From NCBI GenBank assembly GCA_963803045.1, contig CAWDLC010000036.1, positions 69,999 through 133,998 of the forward strand: a stretch of DNA of 64,000 bases, read 5' to 3'. This document shows, one piece after another, positions 9,010 to 17,952 of this stretch (the stretch's first letter is position 1; every line of letters begins with the position of its first letter). The position numbers and the translations under genes are program-made. Source of the DNA: Candidatus Binataceae bacterium. Lineage in GTDB: Bacteria; Desulfobacterota; Binatia; Binatales; Binataceae. A model generated the notes under the pieces. That model made no database searches. It saw only the letters and a list, made by a program, of their open reading frames with translations, and was not told the DNA's origin.

Positions 9010-10341
9010 TCAATCGAGATGATACCGTTTCCGTTTGTGCCACAGGGTCGAGATGCAGATGCCTAGGGTCGCAGCCGCATCTTCGAGAGTTGGCGCCAAC
9101 GCGAGCACGCGCCGGATGTGCTCCTGCTCGATCTGCTCGAGCGTCGATTGCTCCGGCAGGTTTCCGTGCGGAGTGCTCGATTGGAAAAGGATGTCCGGCA
9201 GATCTTCCTTGCGCAGCGTCGCGCCGCGGCTCAGCACGACTGCGCGTTCGACGGCATTGCGCAGTTCGCGAATGTTGCCCGGCCATGAATAGGACACCAA
9301 AGTTTTGCGAGCTTCGTCCGAAAACTGCAATCCGATGCGGCTATTGCGAGCCGCAGTCTCGGCGAGAAACTTTTCGGCGAGCGGCAGAATATCTTCGGGC
9401 CGTTCGCGCAACGCGGGCACGCGGAGGTTGATGACATTTAGTCTGTAGTATAGGTCGCTGCGAAACCGCTGGGCGTTGATCTCCTGCGGAAGATTGCGGT
9501 TGGTTGCTGCGATGATACGGGCGTCGACTTTGATGGTCTCCTCTCCACCCACGCGTTCAAAACGCTCATCCTCCAAGAAACGGAGGAACTTGGATTGCAA
9601 CGCGGGCGATAGTTCCGAGATTTCGTCGAGGAATACCGAGCCGCCATTTGCCGCTTCAAGGCGCCCGGGCTTGTCTTTGATCGCGCCCGTAAAAGAACCC
9701 TTCACGTGCCCGAAGAGCTCGCTTTCCAGCAGATGCTCCGAAAGCGTCGTGCAATTGACGATGATGAACGGCCGATCGCGGCGCGGACTCCATTCGTGGA
9801 TCTGCCGCGCGAGAACGTTCTTGCCGGTGCCACTTTCCCCAGTAAGCAGGATTGTCGCGTCGCTCGACGCGGCGGCATGAGAAGTCTCTATCAGAGAGCC
9901 GAATTCAGGGCTCCCGGTTGTTAGCAGCGGTACGCCATCGATGGAATTGCGAAGGGCTCGGTTCTCAGTACGCAGTTCCTTTACTTCGAGCGCACGGTCG
10001 ACCGCATGCTGAATCTGATCGAGCGAGAATGGCTTGGTGACGTAGTCGTAAGCCCCGGCTTTAATCGCCGCCACCGCGTTCTGGATCGTGCCATAAGCAG
10101 TCATCAGTATCACGATCGTGGTCGGAAATTTTGCTTTGATCGCGTTGAGCAGCTCGAGGCCGTTCATCTCGGCCATTCGCCAATCACTGAGAACGAGATC
10201 GAACGCTCCATCGCGATCCATCACGGCGAGCGCCTCGCGTCCGTTTTCGGCTACGGCAATCTCGTGCTCCCGGGAACCCAGGAAGCGACCGAGGGCGTCA
10301 CGGATGTTTTTTTCGTCGTCAACGACGAGCAGTTTTGCCAT
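9010..10341 (-). CDS. sigma54-dependent response regulator (REC + AAA+ + Fis-type HTH; NtrC family)
   Basis: Receiver DD..D(LVLSDWRM)..T..K. Walker A GESGTGKN, ESELFGH, GSFTGA, RELRN. C-terminal HTH. Confidence 0.9.
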   Translation of the reverse strand: MAKLLVVDDEKNIRDALGRFLGSREHEIAVAENGREALAVMDRDGAFDLVLSDWRMAEMNGLELLNAIKAKFPTTIVILMTAYGTIQNAVAAIKAGAYDYVTKPFSLDQIQHAVDRALEVKELRTENRALRNSIDGVPLLTTGSPEFGSLIETSHAAASSDATILLTGESGTGKNVLARQIHEWSPRRDRPFIIVNCTTLSEHLLESELFGHVKGSFTGAIKDKPGRLEAANGGSVFLDEISELSPALQSKFLRFLEDERFERVGGEETIKVDARIIAATNRNLPQEINAQRFRSDLYYRLNVINLRVPALRERPEDILPLAEKFLAETAARNSRIGLQFSDEARKTLVSYSWPGNIRELRNAVERAVVLSRGATLRKEDLPDILFQSSTPHGNLPEQSTLEQIEQEHIRRVLALAPTLEDAAATLGICISTLWHKRKRYHLD

Positions 10342-10347
10342 CTAGAT

Positions 10348-11406
10348 TCACCGCGCGCAAGGTAGCTGGATGACAAACGTGCTCCCATTTGTGGAGGAAT
10401 CGATAAATATCCTGCCGCCGTGCGCTTCGACTATCTCTTTGGCTATGGCAAGGCTGAGTCCTGCGGACCCATTCTCAAGTCCTTCCGGCTTCCATTGGGG
10501 ACATTGTTCGAGGAGCACGTCGCGAAGCTCGAGCGGTACTCCGCGCCCTGAATCGGAAACTGATATTCGTAGCGATTGTCCGTCCCGGCCAGCCGAAACC
10601 TCGACTGATCCGCCCTCCGGAGTGAAGCGGATCGCATTGGCGACCAGACTCGATAGCACCCACGAGAGCTTCACCGGATCCCCGTAGCAGTCCAGGGCTC
10701 TCCCGAGGTGGGTCCTGAGCGCGACTTCCTTCTGCGCGGCCTGCAACAAAAACTTTTTCGTCACCGAAGTCACGAGCCTGGCGAAATCAAACGTGACGCT
10801 CCGGACTGCGATCGAAGTGGTTTCATTGCGCGTGACGTTCAAAAGACCATCGGACAAATCGCGGATGCGAGCCAAATCCTCGACCACCGTCTCGATGATT
10901 TCGTGCTGCTTCGGATCGGACGTTTTTCTCTGAAGCAATTCGATTGCGAGCGACAGCGATGTGAGCGGCGTTTTGAGTTCATTTGAAAGCGTAGCGATCA
11001 GGTTCGTGCGCGCGCTTTCCTTGTCACGAAGATAAGTCAAGTCATGAAGAGTGATCATCGTGCCGAACTGAGTGTCATCATCGAGACGCAGCGGTGCAGG
11101 CTTGAGCAGGTACGTATGATCGCGGCCGCGAACGTGCAGACTTACTTCTGCCTGCTGTTCGCCTCGTGGGTAGCCGAGAGCGCGCCGAAGAGCGGCCCGG
11201 ACATTCACGTAGTGAGGATTGTTACTTTCAAGGTCGTAGAACGAACGGCCCAGGATTTCGTGCCGCTCAATCCCAAGTATCAGTGCGGCCTGCTCGTTGA
11301 GATGGGTAACAATACCGTCGAGGTCTATCAGGATCGCAGCGACGTCGAGGGTTTCCAGGATTGCCGCCGTCCTGCCATTTTCACCAATATTGGCTGTGGC
11401 GTCCAT
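10348..11406 (-). CDS. PAS-domain histidine-kinase homologue with Asn at the phospho-acceptor position
   Basis: PAS N-terminus. The H-box reads ATLSNELKTPLTSL (AAT codon = 10981-10983). N box ANAIRFTP, G1 DSGRGV and G2 GSAGLSLAI are intact. Confidence 0.8.
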   Translation of the reverse strand: MDATANIGENGRTAAILETLDVAAILIDLDGIVTHLNEQAALILGIERHEILGRSFYDLESNNPHYVNVRAALRRALGYPRGEQQAEVSLHVRGRDHTYLLKPAPLRLDDDTQFGTMITLHDLTYLRDKESARTNLIATLSNELKTPLTSLSLAIELLQRKTSDPKQHEIIETVVEDLARIRDLSDGLLNVTRNETTSIAVRSVTFDFARLVTSVTKKFLLQAAQKEVALRTHLGRALDCYGDPVKLSWVLSSLVANAIRFTPEGGSVEVSAGRDGQSLRISVSDSGRGVPLELRDVLLEQCPQWKPEGLENGSAGLSLAIAKEIVEAHGGRIFIDSSTNGSTFVIQLPCAR

Positions 11407-11463
11407 AGAGGGGACCTAACCCAGTGCCAGCGGCACCCCGGCGTTTGCGCCGGGGGCCGCCCT

Positions 11464-11937
11464 TCAGTTTATTAGGGCGGAAACGTGATTCTCTTTGTCG
11501 ACGCCGCCGCCCACTTGGACAGCGAGCACTGGACACGGCGCCTGGCGCAGGAGCCTTTCGGCCGAGCTTACCCGAATCCTCTCGAAGAATCCGTGGTGCG
11601 AGCGAGCTGCCACCACGATGAGGTCGACATTCAGCTTTCGGGCAAGCTCCGAGATGGCCTCGTCGAGGATACCGAAATGAACTTCGCTGGTGCACTTTGG
11701 ATACAGGGCGACCGCACGCTTTGTTAACCGGGCAAGCTGGTTTCGGCCGTCCTCTGCGCAATGCTCCAGGAGCTGAGTTGAATCTGACCAGGGGCCTACT
11801 GTGTACGGCAGGGGTTCGATAACGTGCACTAGCACAATCTGTGAATAGTGCTCACGCGCGAGGTCGATTGCGCGTTCGAGCGCTGCGAGCGAACGCCGCG
11901 AGAAGTCAGTGGGCACCAGAATTCTTTCGATTTTCAT
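11464..11937 (-). CDS. universal stress protein (UspA family)
   Basis: MKIERILVPTDFSRRSLAALERAIDLAREHYSQIVLVHVIEP... ATG at 11937; the track ORF starts upstream at 12048, inside kdpC. Confidence 0.85.
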   Translation of the reverse strand: MKIERILVPTDFSRRSLAALERAIDLAREHYSQIVLVHVIEPLPYTVGPWSDSTQLLEHCAEDGRNQLARLTKRAVALYPKCTSEVHFGILDEAISELARKLNVDLIVVAARSHHGFFERIRVSSAERLLRQAPCPVLAVQVGGGVDKENHVSALIN

Positions 11938-11975
11938 CTTCGTATACCTCGGACTTGCGGCTTTAGCGTCTGATG

Positions 11976-12542
11976 CTAGTGCAGCGAGTCGAGGGCCAAG
12001 TTTAGCTTCAAAACGTTTACCCCGGGCTCTCCGAAAAGCCCAAGCCAACGGCCGTGCGTATTGTCCTGGATGAGTTGACGTACCGCGTCAGGATTGACTG
12101 CGCGGGCCTTCGCGACGCGTTCGGCCTGCAGATCGGCGGCGGCAGGACTGATATCAGGATCGAGACCGCTGGCCGAGGCAGTAACCAAATCGATCGGGAC
12201 TTGGGAAGCTTGCACGCCTTCGCTCTGCGTCACATCCTTGATCCTCTTACCAACCGAATCGATCAGGCTCTTGCTAGTAGGCCCAGCATTGGAACCACCT
12301 GAGCTGGTTGCATCATAGCCGTTGCCTGCTGCGGACGGCCGGCTGTGGAAGTATTTGGCTGAAGTAAAGCTTTGGCCGATCAGTTCGGAGCCGACGATTG
12401 TGCTATCGCGCGCGATCAGGCTCCCTTCGGCTTGACGCGGAAATATCGCGTAACCAATGGCGGTCATCGCGACCGGATAAAGGAGGCCTAGGAGGAGCGT
12501 CAAAATGACGGTCATTCGAATGGAAATCCATAATTCACGCAT
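11976..12542 (-). CDS. kdpC: K+-transporting ATPase subunit C
   Basis: N-terminal TM, ..SGSNAGPTSK.., VTASASGLDPDISPAAA, GEPGVNVLKLNLAL. ATG at 12542 preceded by AGGAGA. Confidence 0.9.
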   Translation of the reverse strand: MRELWISIRMTVILTLLLGLLYPVAMTAIGYAIFPRQAEGSLIARDSTIVGSELIGQSFTSAKYFHSRPSAAGNGYDATSSGGSNAGPTSKSLIDSVGKRIKDVTQSEGVQASQVPIDLVTASASGLDPDISPAAADLQAERVAKARAVNPDAVRQLIQDNTHGRWLGLFGEPGVNVLKLNLALDSLH

Positions 12543-12555
12543 CGCGATGAGTCTC

Positions 12556-14602
12556 CTACGCAAGATGCAGCGACACGACGATTACGTCAATCAGTTTGAT
12601 TCCGATAAACGGAACGATGAGCCCGCCCACGCCGTAGATTAACAGGTTGCGAGTCAGAATTGCGGCGGCGCTCCAGCGGACGATATTGCACGCCGCGCAG
12701 AGCCAGAGGGATCAGCGCAATGATGATCAGTGCGTTGAAGATCACCGCTGACAGAATAGCGCTCTGCGGAGTTGCTAGATGCATGATATTAAGCGACTGC
12801 AATTCCGGATACGCAAGCAGGAACATCGCCGGGATGATCGCGAAGTATTTCGCTACGTCGTTGGCTATCGAGAAAGTGGTCAGCGCTCCGCGTGTGATTA
12901 GCAACTGTTTTCCGATTTCGACCACTTCCATGATCTTGGTCGGGTTCGAATCGAGATCGACCATGTTACCGGCTTCGCGCGCTGCCTGAGTGCCGGCATT
13001 CATGGCGATTCCAACGTCAGCTTGTGCCAGTGCGGGAGCGTCATTGGTGCCGTCGCCGATCATCGCGACCAGCTTGCCCTGGGCTTGCTCGTCGCGAATG
13101 AGCCGAAGCTTGGTCTCGGGTGTGGCTTCGGCCTGGAAATCATCTACGCCGGACTCGTGGGCAATCGCGGCCGCCGTCAGCGGATTGTCGCCAGTGATCA
13201 TGACGGTCTTCAAGCCCATTGCCCGAAGCCGCGCGAAACGCTCACGGATACCTTCTTTGATAACGTCCTTGAGATGGATGACACCGAGAACGCTAGAGTT
13301 CTCGGCGACGACCAGATGGAGTGCCGCCGCTCCTTGCGATTCGCTCAACGATTCCCGCCAGCTCCGCAGACGGCGTGCCGCCATTGTCCTTGCACGAACT
13401 TGACGATCTGCTCCGTCGCACCCTTGCGGATTCGCCGGCCGTTCAGATCAACGCCGCTCATCCGCGTCGTCGCCGAGAACGGGATGAACTGCGCTTCCTT
13501 GTGGGCGAATTCGCGTCCGCGCAGATTGAAGTCACGTTTGGCCAGCGCCGTGATGGAGCGGCCTTCCGCTGTTTCGTCCGCGAGCGAGGCGAGTTGGGCC
13601 GCGTCGGCGAGCTGCTCGACTGGCACTTCGAGCATCGGTATGAACTCGGTTGCCATCCGATTGCCAAGCGTGATCGTGCCGGTCTTGTCCAGGAGCAAGC
13701 GTATCTACGTCGCCCGCCGCTTCGACCGCGCGCCCCGACATCGCGAGCACATTATGTTGTACGAGGCGATCCATGCCGGCGATGCCGATGGCCGAAAGCA
13801 ATCCGCCAATAGTGGTCGGGATCAGGCAGACCAGCAGCGCCACCAGGACCGGTAACGACAGTGTAGTGCCGCCATAGAGCGCAAAGGGCTGCAGGCTTAC
13901 GCAAACCAGCATGAATACTAGAGTCAACCCCGCGAGCAGAATGCTCAGTGCGATCTCATTGGGCGTTCGCTGGCGCTCCGCGCCCTCGACGAGGGCGATC
14001 ATCCGGTCGAGGAAAGTCTCGCCTGGATTGGCGGTAATCCGAACCTTGATCCAGTCGGAAATAACGGTGGTTCCGCCGGTGACGGCGCTGCGATCACCGC
14101 CGCTTTCCCGGATAACCGGAGCGGATTCGCCGGTGATCGACGCTTCGTTCACAGCGGCGATACCTTCGATGACTTCGCCGTCGCCCGGTATTACTTCACT
14201 GGCTTCGACCCGAACGATGTTGCCGCGTCGCAACGCCGTCGCGGAAACAATTTGAATCGCGCCGCTGGCCGTAACGAGCTTGGCTTTAGTTTCAGTGCGG
14301 GTTTTGCGCAGGTTGTCCGCCTGTGCCTTGCCGCGGCCTTCGGCCATCGCCTCGGCGAAATTGGCAAACAGCAAGGTGAACCACAGCCAAATCGCGATCT
14401 GGAATTCGAAACCCGCCAGGTTGCTTCGGGCGCCGAAGAAGTCGCGGACGAGAATAATCGTCACCGCCAATGCGGTGACCTCGACCACGAACATGACGGG
14501 GTTTCGGACCTGAACGCGCGGGTCGAGCTTTCGGAACGACTCGCCTATCGCGACCCGCACTATGCCACGATCCCAAAGGGAAGGTACTTTTCGATCACTC
14601 AT
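12556..14602 (-). pseudogene. kdpB: K+-transporting P-type ATPase subunit B, interrupted by about 4 single-nt frameshifts
   Basis: [17 protein letters not shown] and [10 protein letters not shown] are all present but spread over three frames. Frame switches near 13697, 13383, 13316 and 12675. Restoring them gives a contiguous KdpB ending ..VVSLHLA* at 12556. Confidence 0.85.
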
Positions 14603-14620
14603 GGATATTCTTCCGTCGTC

Positions 14621-16348
14621 CTAGTAGAGGTGTCCCGCCATCATCGCCAGGTGTTCGACAACCGGGCCGAGAGCCCAACTGGCAAAGAAGGTCAGCGCGC
14701 CTACGATCAATACAACTGCGATGAGCAGAATCACAAACACGCTTCCGTTAGTAGGAAATGTTCCGGCGCTCTCCGGCACCCCTTTCTTGTGTACAAGTGA
14801 ACCGGCGATAGCCAGAACCGGAATCATCATCATGAACCGCCCGAAGAGCATCACGAACCCGAGAGTCCAGTTGTAGAAAGGCGTATTAGCGCTCAGGCCC
14901 GCGAATGCTGATCCGTTGTTTGCGGCACTGGAGCTGTAGGCGTACAAAATTTCAGAAAAGCCATGTGGTCCCGGATTCGCAATTCCAGCAAGTCCCAATT
15001 TGTTCGTGACTGCTACGGCCGTTGGCAGAAGTATTACCGCAGGAAAGATCAGGATATAGAGCATCGCCAATTTCATCTCTCGCGATTGAATCTTCTTGCC
15101 CAGGTACTCCGGCGTCCGTCCCACCATCAGGCCGGCGATGAAAACGGTCAGCACCGCCATCACGATCATGCCGGCGAGACCGGTTCCTACTCCCCCGAAG
15201 ACCACTTCTCCCAAGTGCAAATTGAGCAGCGGCACCAGTCCACCGAGTGGGGTGTAGCTGTCATGCATGGAGTTAACCGATCCGTTCGAGGCGTCGGTGG
15301 TGGCCGTCGCCCAGATCGCGGAATCGACGATTCCAAACCGGACCTCCTTGCCCTCCATATTGCCGCCGCTCTGGGTTGCGGTTGCGGATTGATCGATACC
15401 CAGCTTCGCAAACTGCGGATTGCCACGCTGTTCGCTCCAGTTCGCGACTGTTACGCCCATCAGGAAAAGCAATCCCATCGCGGCAAACAGCGCCCAGCCT
15501 TGCCGCCTGTCTCCGGCCATTTTTCCAAAAGTGTGAGTCAAGCCGGCGCCCAGCGCGAAAAGCGCTATCGTCTCGAGCAAGTTGGTCAGCGGAGTGGGAT
15601 TCTCATACGGATGTGCCGAGTTGGCGTTGAAAAAACCTCCGCCATTGGTGCCGAGCTGCTTGATCGCGATCTGCGACGCCACAGGGCCCTGGCCAATCGT
15701 CTGAGTGGCATGCTCAAGAGTCTTTACTTGTGTGTACGCGCTGAAGTTCTGAGGCACTCCTTGCCAGATCAGAATCAGCGTGAACACCACGCAGATAGGC
15801 ACGAGAACCCACAGGGTTGCTCTGGTCAGATCGTACCAAAAGTTTCCGAGAGTTTTCTTCTCGCGATGCACAAAACCGCGAATCACCGCGATCGCGAGGG
15901 CAAGACCTGCCGCTGCCGAGACGAAGTTGTGGAAGGCGAGCCCGGCCATCTGGGTGAGATAGCTCATCGTCGTCTCAGGGGTATAGCTCTGCCAGTTAGT
16001 ATTGGTGGTAAAGCTAGCCGCAGTATTGAACGACGAATCGGTCGAAATTGCGCCTAGCCCTTGCGGATTAAGTGGAAGCAAACCCTGCAAACGCTGGAGT
16101 GCGTATAACACTACCATTCCGACCAGGCTAAAAAGTAACAGCGATGTCGCGTATTCGATCCAAGTCTGTTCCGTCGCTGGATCAACGCCGCACAGCCGAT
16201 AGATAAACCGCTCTACAGGCACAAGTACCGGATCCAGGAAAGTGCGCTCTCCGGCGAACACCTTCGCCATGTAGAGACCGAGCGGAACGCTGATCGCGAT
16301 AATGATCAGGGAGAAGAGCGCGATCTGAATGATTGCATTTGAATTCAT
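14621..16348 (-). CDS. kdpA: K+-transporting ATPase subunit A
   Basis: 575 aa, polytopic, typical KdpA N-terminus MNSNAIIQIALFSLII... Position between kdpF and kdpB. Confidence 0.9.
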   Translation of the reverse strand: MNSNAIIQIALFSLIIIAISVPLGLYMAKVFAGERTFLDPVLVPVERFIYRLCGVDPATEQTWIEYATSLLLFSLVGMVVLYALQRLQGLLPLNPQGLGAISTDSSFNTAASFTTNTNWQSYTPETTMSYLTQMAGLAFHNFVSAAAGLALAIAVIRGFVHREKKTLGNFWYDLTRATLWVLVPICVVFTLILIWQGVPQNFSAYTQVKTLEHATQTIGQGPVASQIAIKQLGTNGGGFFNANSAHPYENPTPLTNLLETIALFALGAGLTHTFGKMAGDRRQGWALFAAMGLLFLMGVTVANWSEQRGNPQFAKLGIDQSATATQSGGNMEGKEVRFGIVDSAIWATATTDASNGSVNSMHDSYTPLGGLVPLLNLHLGEVVFGGVGTGLAGMIVMAVLTVFIAGLMVGRTPEYLGKKIQSREMKLAMLYILIFPAVILLPTAVAVTNKLGLAGIANPGPHGFSEILYAYSSSAANNGSAFAGLSANTPFYNWTLGFVMLFGRFMMMIPVLAIAGSLVHKKGVPESAGTFPTNGSVFVILLIAVVLIVGALTFFASWALGPVVEHLAMMAGHLY

Positions 16349-16364
16349 GGTTCGATTGGTCCTG

Positions 16365-16454
16365 TCACAAGTTCTCAGGATGTAACATCGCGTAAACCAG
16401 ATAGACTGTCAGCGCGACAGCGCATATCAACCCCAAGAAATTCTCTGCGCTCAT
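16365..16454 (-). CDS. kdpF: K+-transporting ATPase subunit F (29 aa)
   Basis: MSAENFLGLICAVALTVYLVYAMLHPENL*, compare the E. coli KdpF ..YLVYALINAEAF tail. Below the ORF-track size cutoff. Confidence 0.75.
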   Translation of the reverse strand: MSAENFLGLICAVALTVYLVYAMLHPENL

Positions 16455-16534
16455 AGACTCTCGCATCCTTGGACGTAGGCGAGCGCGATCAGGAAAAACG
16501 CCACCGTCCCAATCAGTACGACTATGTCCATCAT
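16451..16534 (-). CDS. 27-aa hydrophobic peptide, first ORF of kdp operon 1
   Basis: MMDIVVLIGTVAFFLIALAYVQGCESL*. AAGGAA RBS-like run upstream. Its stop overlaps the kdpF ATG (ATGA). Analogous ORF at 22135..22230. Confidence 0.5.
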   Translation of the reverse strand: MMDIVVLIGTVAFFLIALAYVQGCESL

Positions 16535-16633
16535 GTGTGATTCCTTACCTTCCTAGAATTTGTGAAGTGGAAATCGGCCAAATTCACTCTCCGTGTTCGG
16601 TTTGCCCATCGAATCTCACCCGATGGGGTATGC

Positions 16634-16649
16634 AGCAAGGGCTGTGCCT
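16634..16649 (-). promoter_or_regulatory. sigma54 -24/-12 promoter-like element upstream of kdp operon 1
   Basis: The minus strand reads AGGCACAGCCCTTGCT, against the consensus TGGCAC-N5-TTGCW with correct GG/GC spacing. About 100 nt upstream of the 16534 start. Confidence 0.5.
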
Positions 16650-16801
16650 AACAAATTAGCCTTGAATATCCTTCTGGAGGGGCAGAAGCGGAACGCAAAG
16701 CATTAAAAATGAAATAGTGCTGACACTTCATTTTGCATTGTCGAGCGATGAGAGCCGGACAGCACGAATCGGAATCGCAGATTTCGATGTGCCCGTTCCC
16801 G

Positions 16802-16822
16802 GGGAATTTGCGCACAATTCCC
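16802..16822. promoter_or_regulatory. perfect palindrome GGGAATT-N7-AATTCCC, candidate enhancer (UAS)
   Basis: 7-bp arms, about 165 bp upstream of the -24/-12 element at 16634-16649. Same half-site as the 6258-6331 array. Confidence 0.45.
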
Positions 16823-16909
16823 GTCTAACGCTTGGCTTCCAGGTTGGGAACCTCGCCCTGCTTGAACGGACCCCGGGCGTTGCAAATACCCGAGGTCCGC
16901 GCTGCGGTT

Positions 16910-17926
16910 CTATTGAGGCTGCCCGTACTTGTTTCTCAAAGAGAGGTTGAGCTGCAGCACGTTGACGAACTTCTCACCGAAGAGCCCGCCGAGAGGCGCC
17001 TCCGCATCCGCTTCGACCATCTGCTCGATCTCGGTGCGAACCTGACCTTGATCGCGCTTGGTGTCTTTGGCCCAGGCAGAGGATACGCGATCGAGTTGAT
17101 ATTCCGCGTTCTCGAGCGTGATGTCGGGATCGAGGCCTGAGCCGGAAGTCGTCACCATGTCTCCTGGCACGTCCTGCAAGTCCGCATCGGCGTGATCCTG
17201 GCGCCACATGTCGAAGAAGTTTGACTGGATGTCGGAGCCGTCCTTGACTGGCTCGATTACCGTCTCGGTTTTTCCGTCCTTGGTCTGATGCTGCACAGCG
17301 GACGGAAATTTGCCGGGGTTCTCTTTCGAGAAACTCTCGAAGAACACAACAGCCAGGTCGGGAGCTTTAGGTTCCAGCGTCCCGGGATTGTCCTTGATGA
17401 ACTGCTGAACCTCTTTAGTATGAGTCTTGCCCCAGTCGCCTACGTACTTGCCGTGCGTTGGATCAGCGTTGACCCATCCCTGTGCCGCTGCGTTGTGAGC
17501 ATCCGCCCACTGCGCGACGATATGCGGCTGTCCGCCGAAGCTATCCTGCTGGAACCACGCTTCGATGTCGGGGGACACCAATTGACCCGCCTTTGGTCCG
17601 CTCTTGTACTTTACGATCGGACCCAAAGCCTGCGCTACGCGATAGCGCAGCATATAGTTATTGGCAGAAAGTGTGGATGAAGTCCCCGCCGATGCGTCAT
17701 AAGACGCCGCCGAAGGTCGCGGCTGGAAATACTCGTCTTTGGTAAACGGTTGCGCGATAAGCAGCGAGCCCACCGGCTTGCCGTCGGGTCCGTTGACCAT
17801 ACTGCCGTTTGCGGTGAACGGGAAAAACGTCTGCCCGATTGCCCACACGGCCAACGGATAGATTAGACAACAAAGGACTACTGTGATCGCGAGTAACCAT
17901 AGACTTTTCGATAGATAGCGCGACAT
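16910..17926 (-). CDS. kdpC: K+-transporting ATPase subunit C, long form with ~145-aa insertion
   Basis: KdpC ends are conserved (N-terminal TM, PRPSAASYDA, VTTSGSGLDPDITLENA, GEKFVNVLQLNLSL), but the protein is 338 aa versus 188 aa for the copy at 11976. Confidence 0.85.
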   Translation of the reverse strand: MSRYLSKSLWLLAITVVLCCLIYPLAVWAIGQTFFPFTANGSMVNGPDGKPVGSLLIAQPFTKDEYFQPRPSAASYDASAGTSSTLSANNYMLRYRVAQALGPIVKYKSGPKAGQLVSPDIEAWFQQDSFGGQPHIVAQWADAHNAAAQGWVNADPTHGKYVGDWGKTHTKEVQQFIKDNPGTLEPKAPDLAVVFFESFSKENPGKFPSAVQHQTKDGKTETVIEPVKDGSDIQSNFFDMWRQDHADADLQDVPGDMVTTSGSGLDPDITLENAEYQLDRVSSAWAKDTKRDQGQVRTEIEQMVEADAEAPLGGLFGEKFVNVLQLNLSLRNKYGQPQ

Positions 17927-17952
17927 CTTATCACTCCTTCAGTTCACGCCGC

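Noticed and set aside
12556-14602. Possibility that the kdpB frame changes are programmed ribosomal frameshifts
   Set aside because: There are six separate sites in two genes with no shared slippery heptamer or downstream structure. Each is explained by one extra nucleotide. Decay or consensus error is far more likely.
14963-16057. 364-aa plus-strand ORF inside kdpA, plus similar ORFs in kdpB, kdpA2, the RND gene (56095.., 58835..), the IS copies (39330..40130, 53961..54320) and the peptidase (52582..53481)
   Set aside because: All are antisense or alternate frames of confidently identified genes and have biased composition.
16535-16633. c-di-AMP (ydaO-type) or other riboswitch in the kdp operon 1 leader
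   Set aside because: The leader between the putative -12 element and the first ATG is only about 90 nt. I see none of the pseudo-two-fold architecture such a riboswitch needs.
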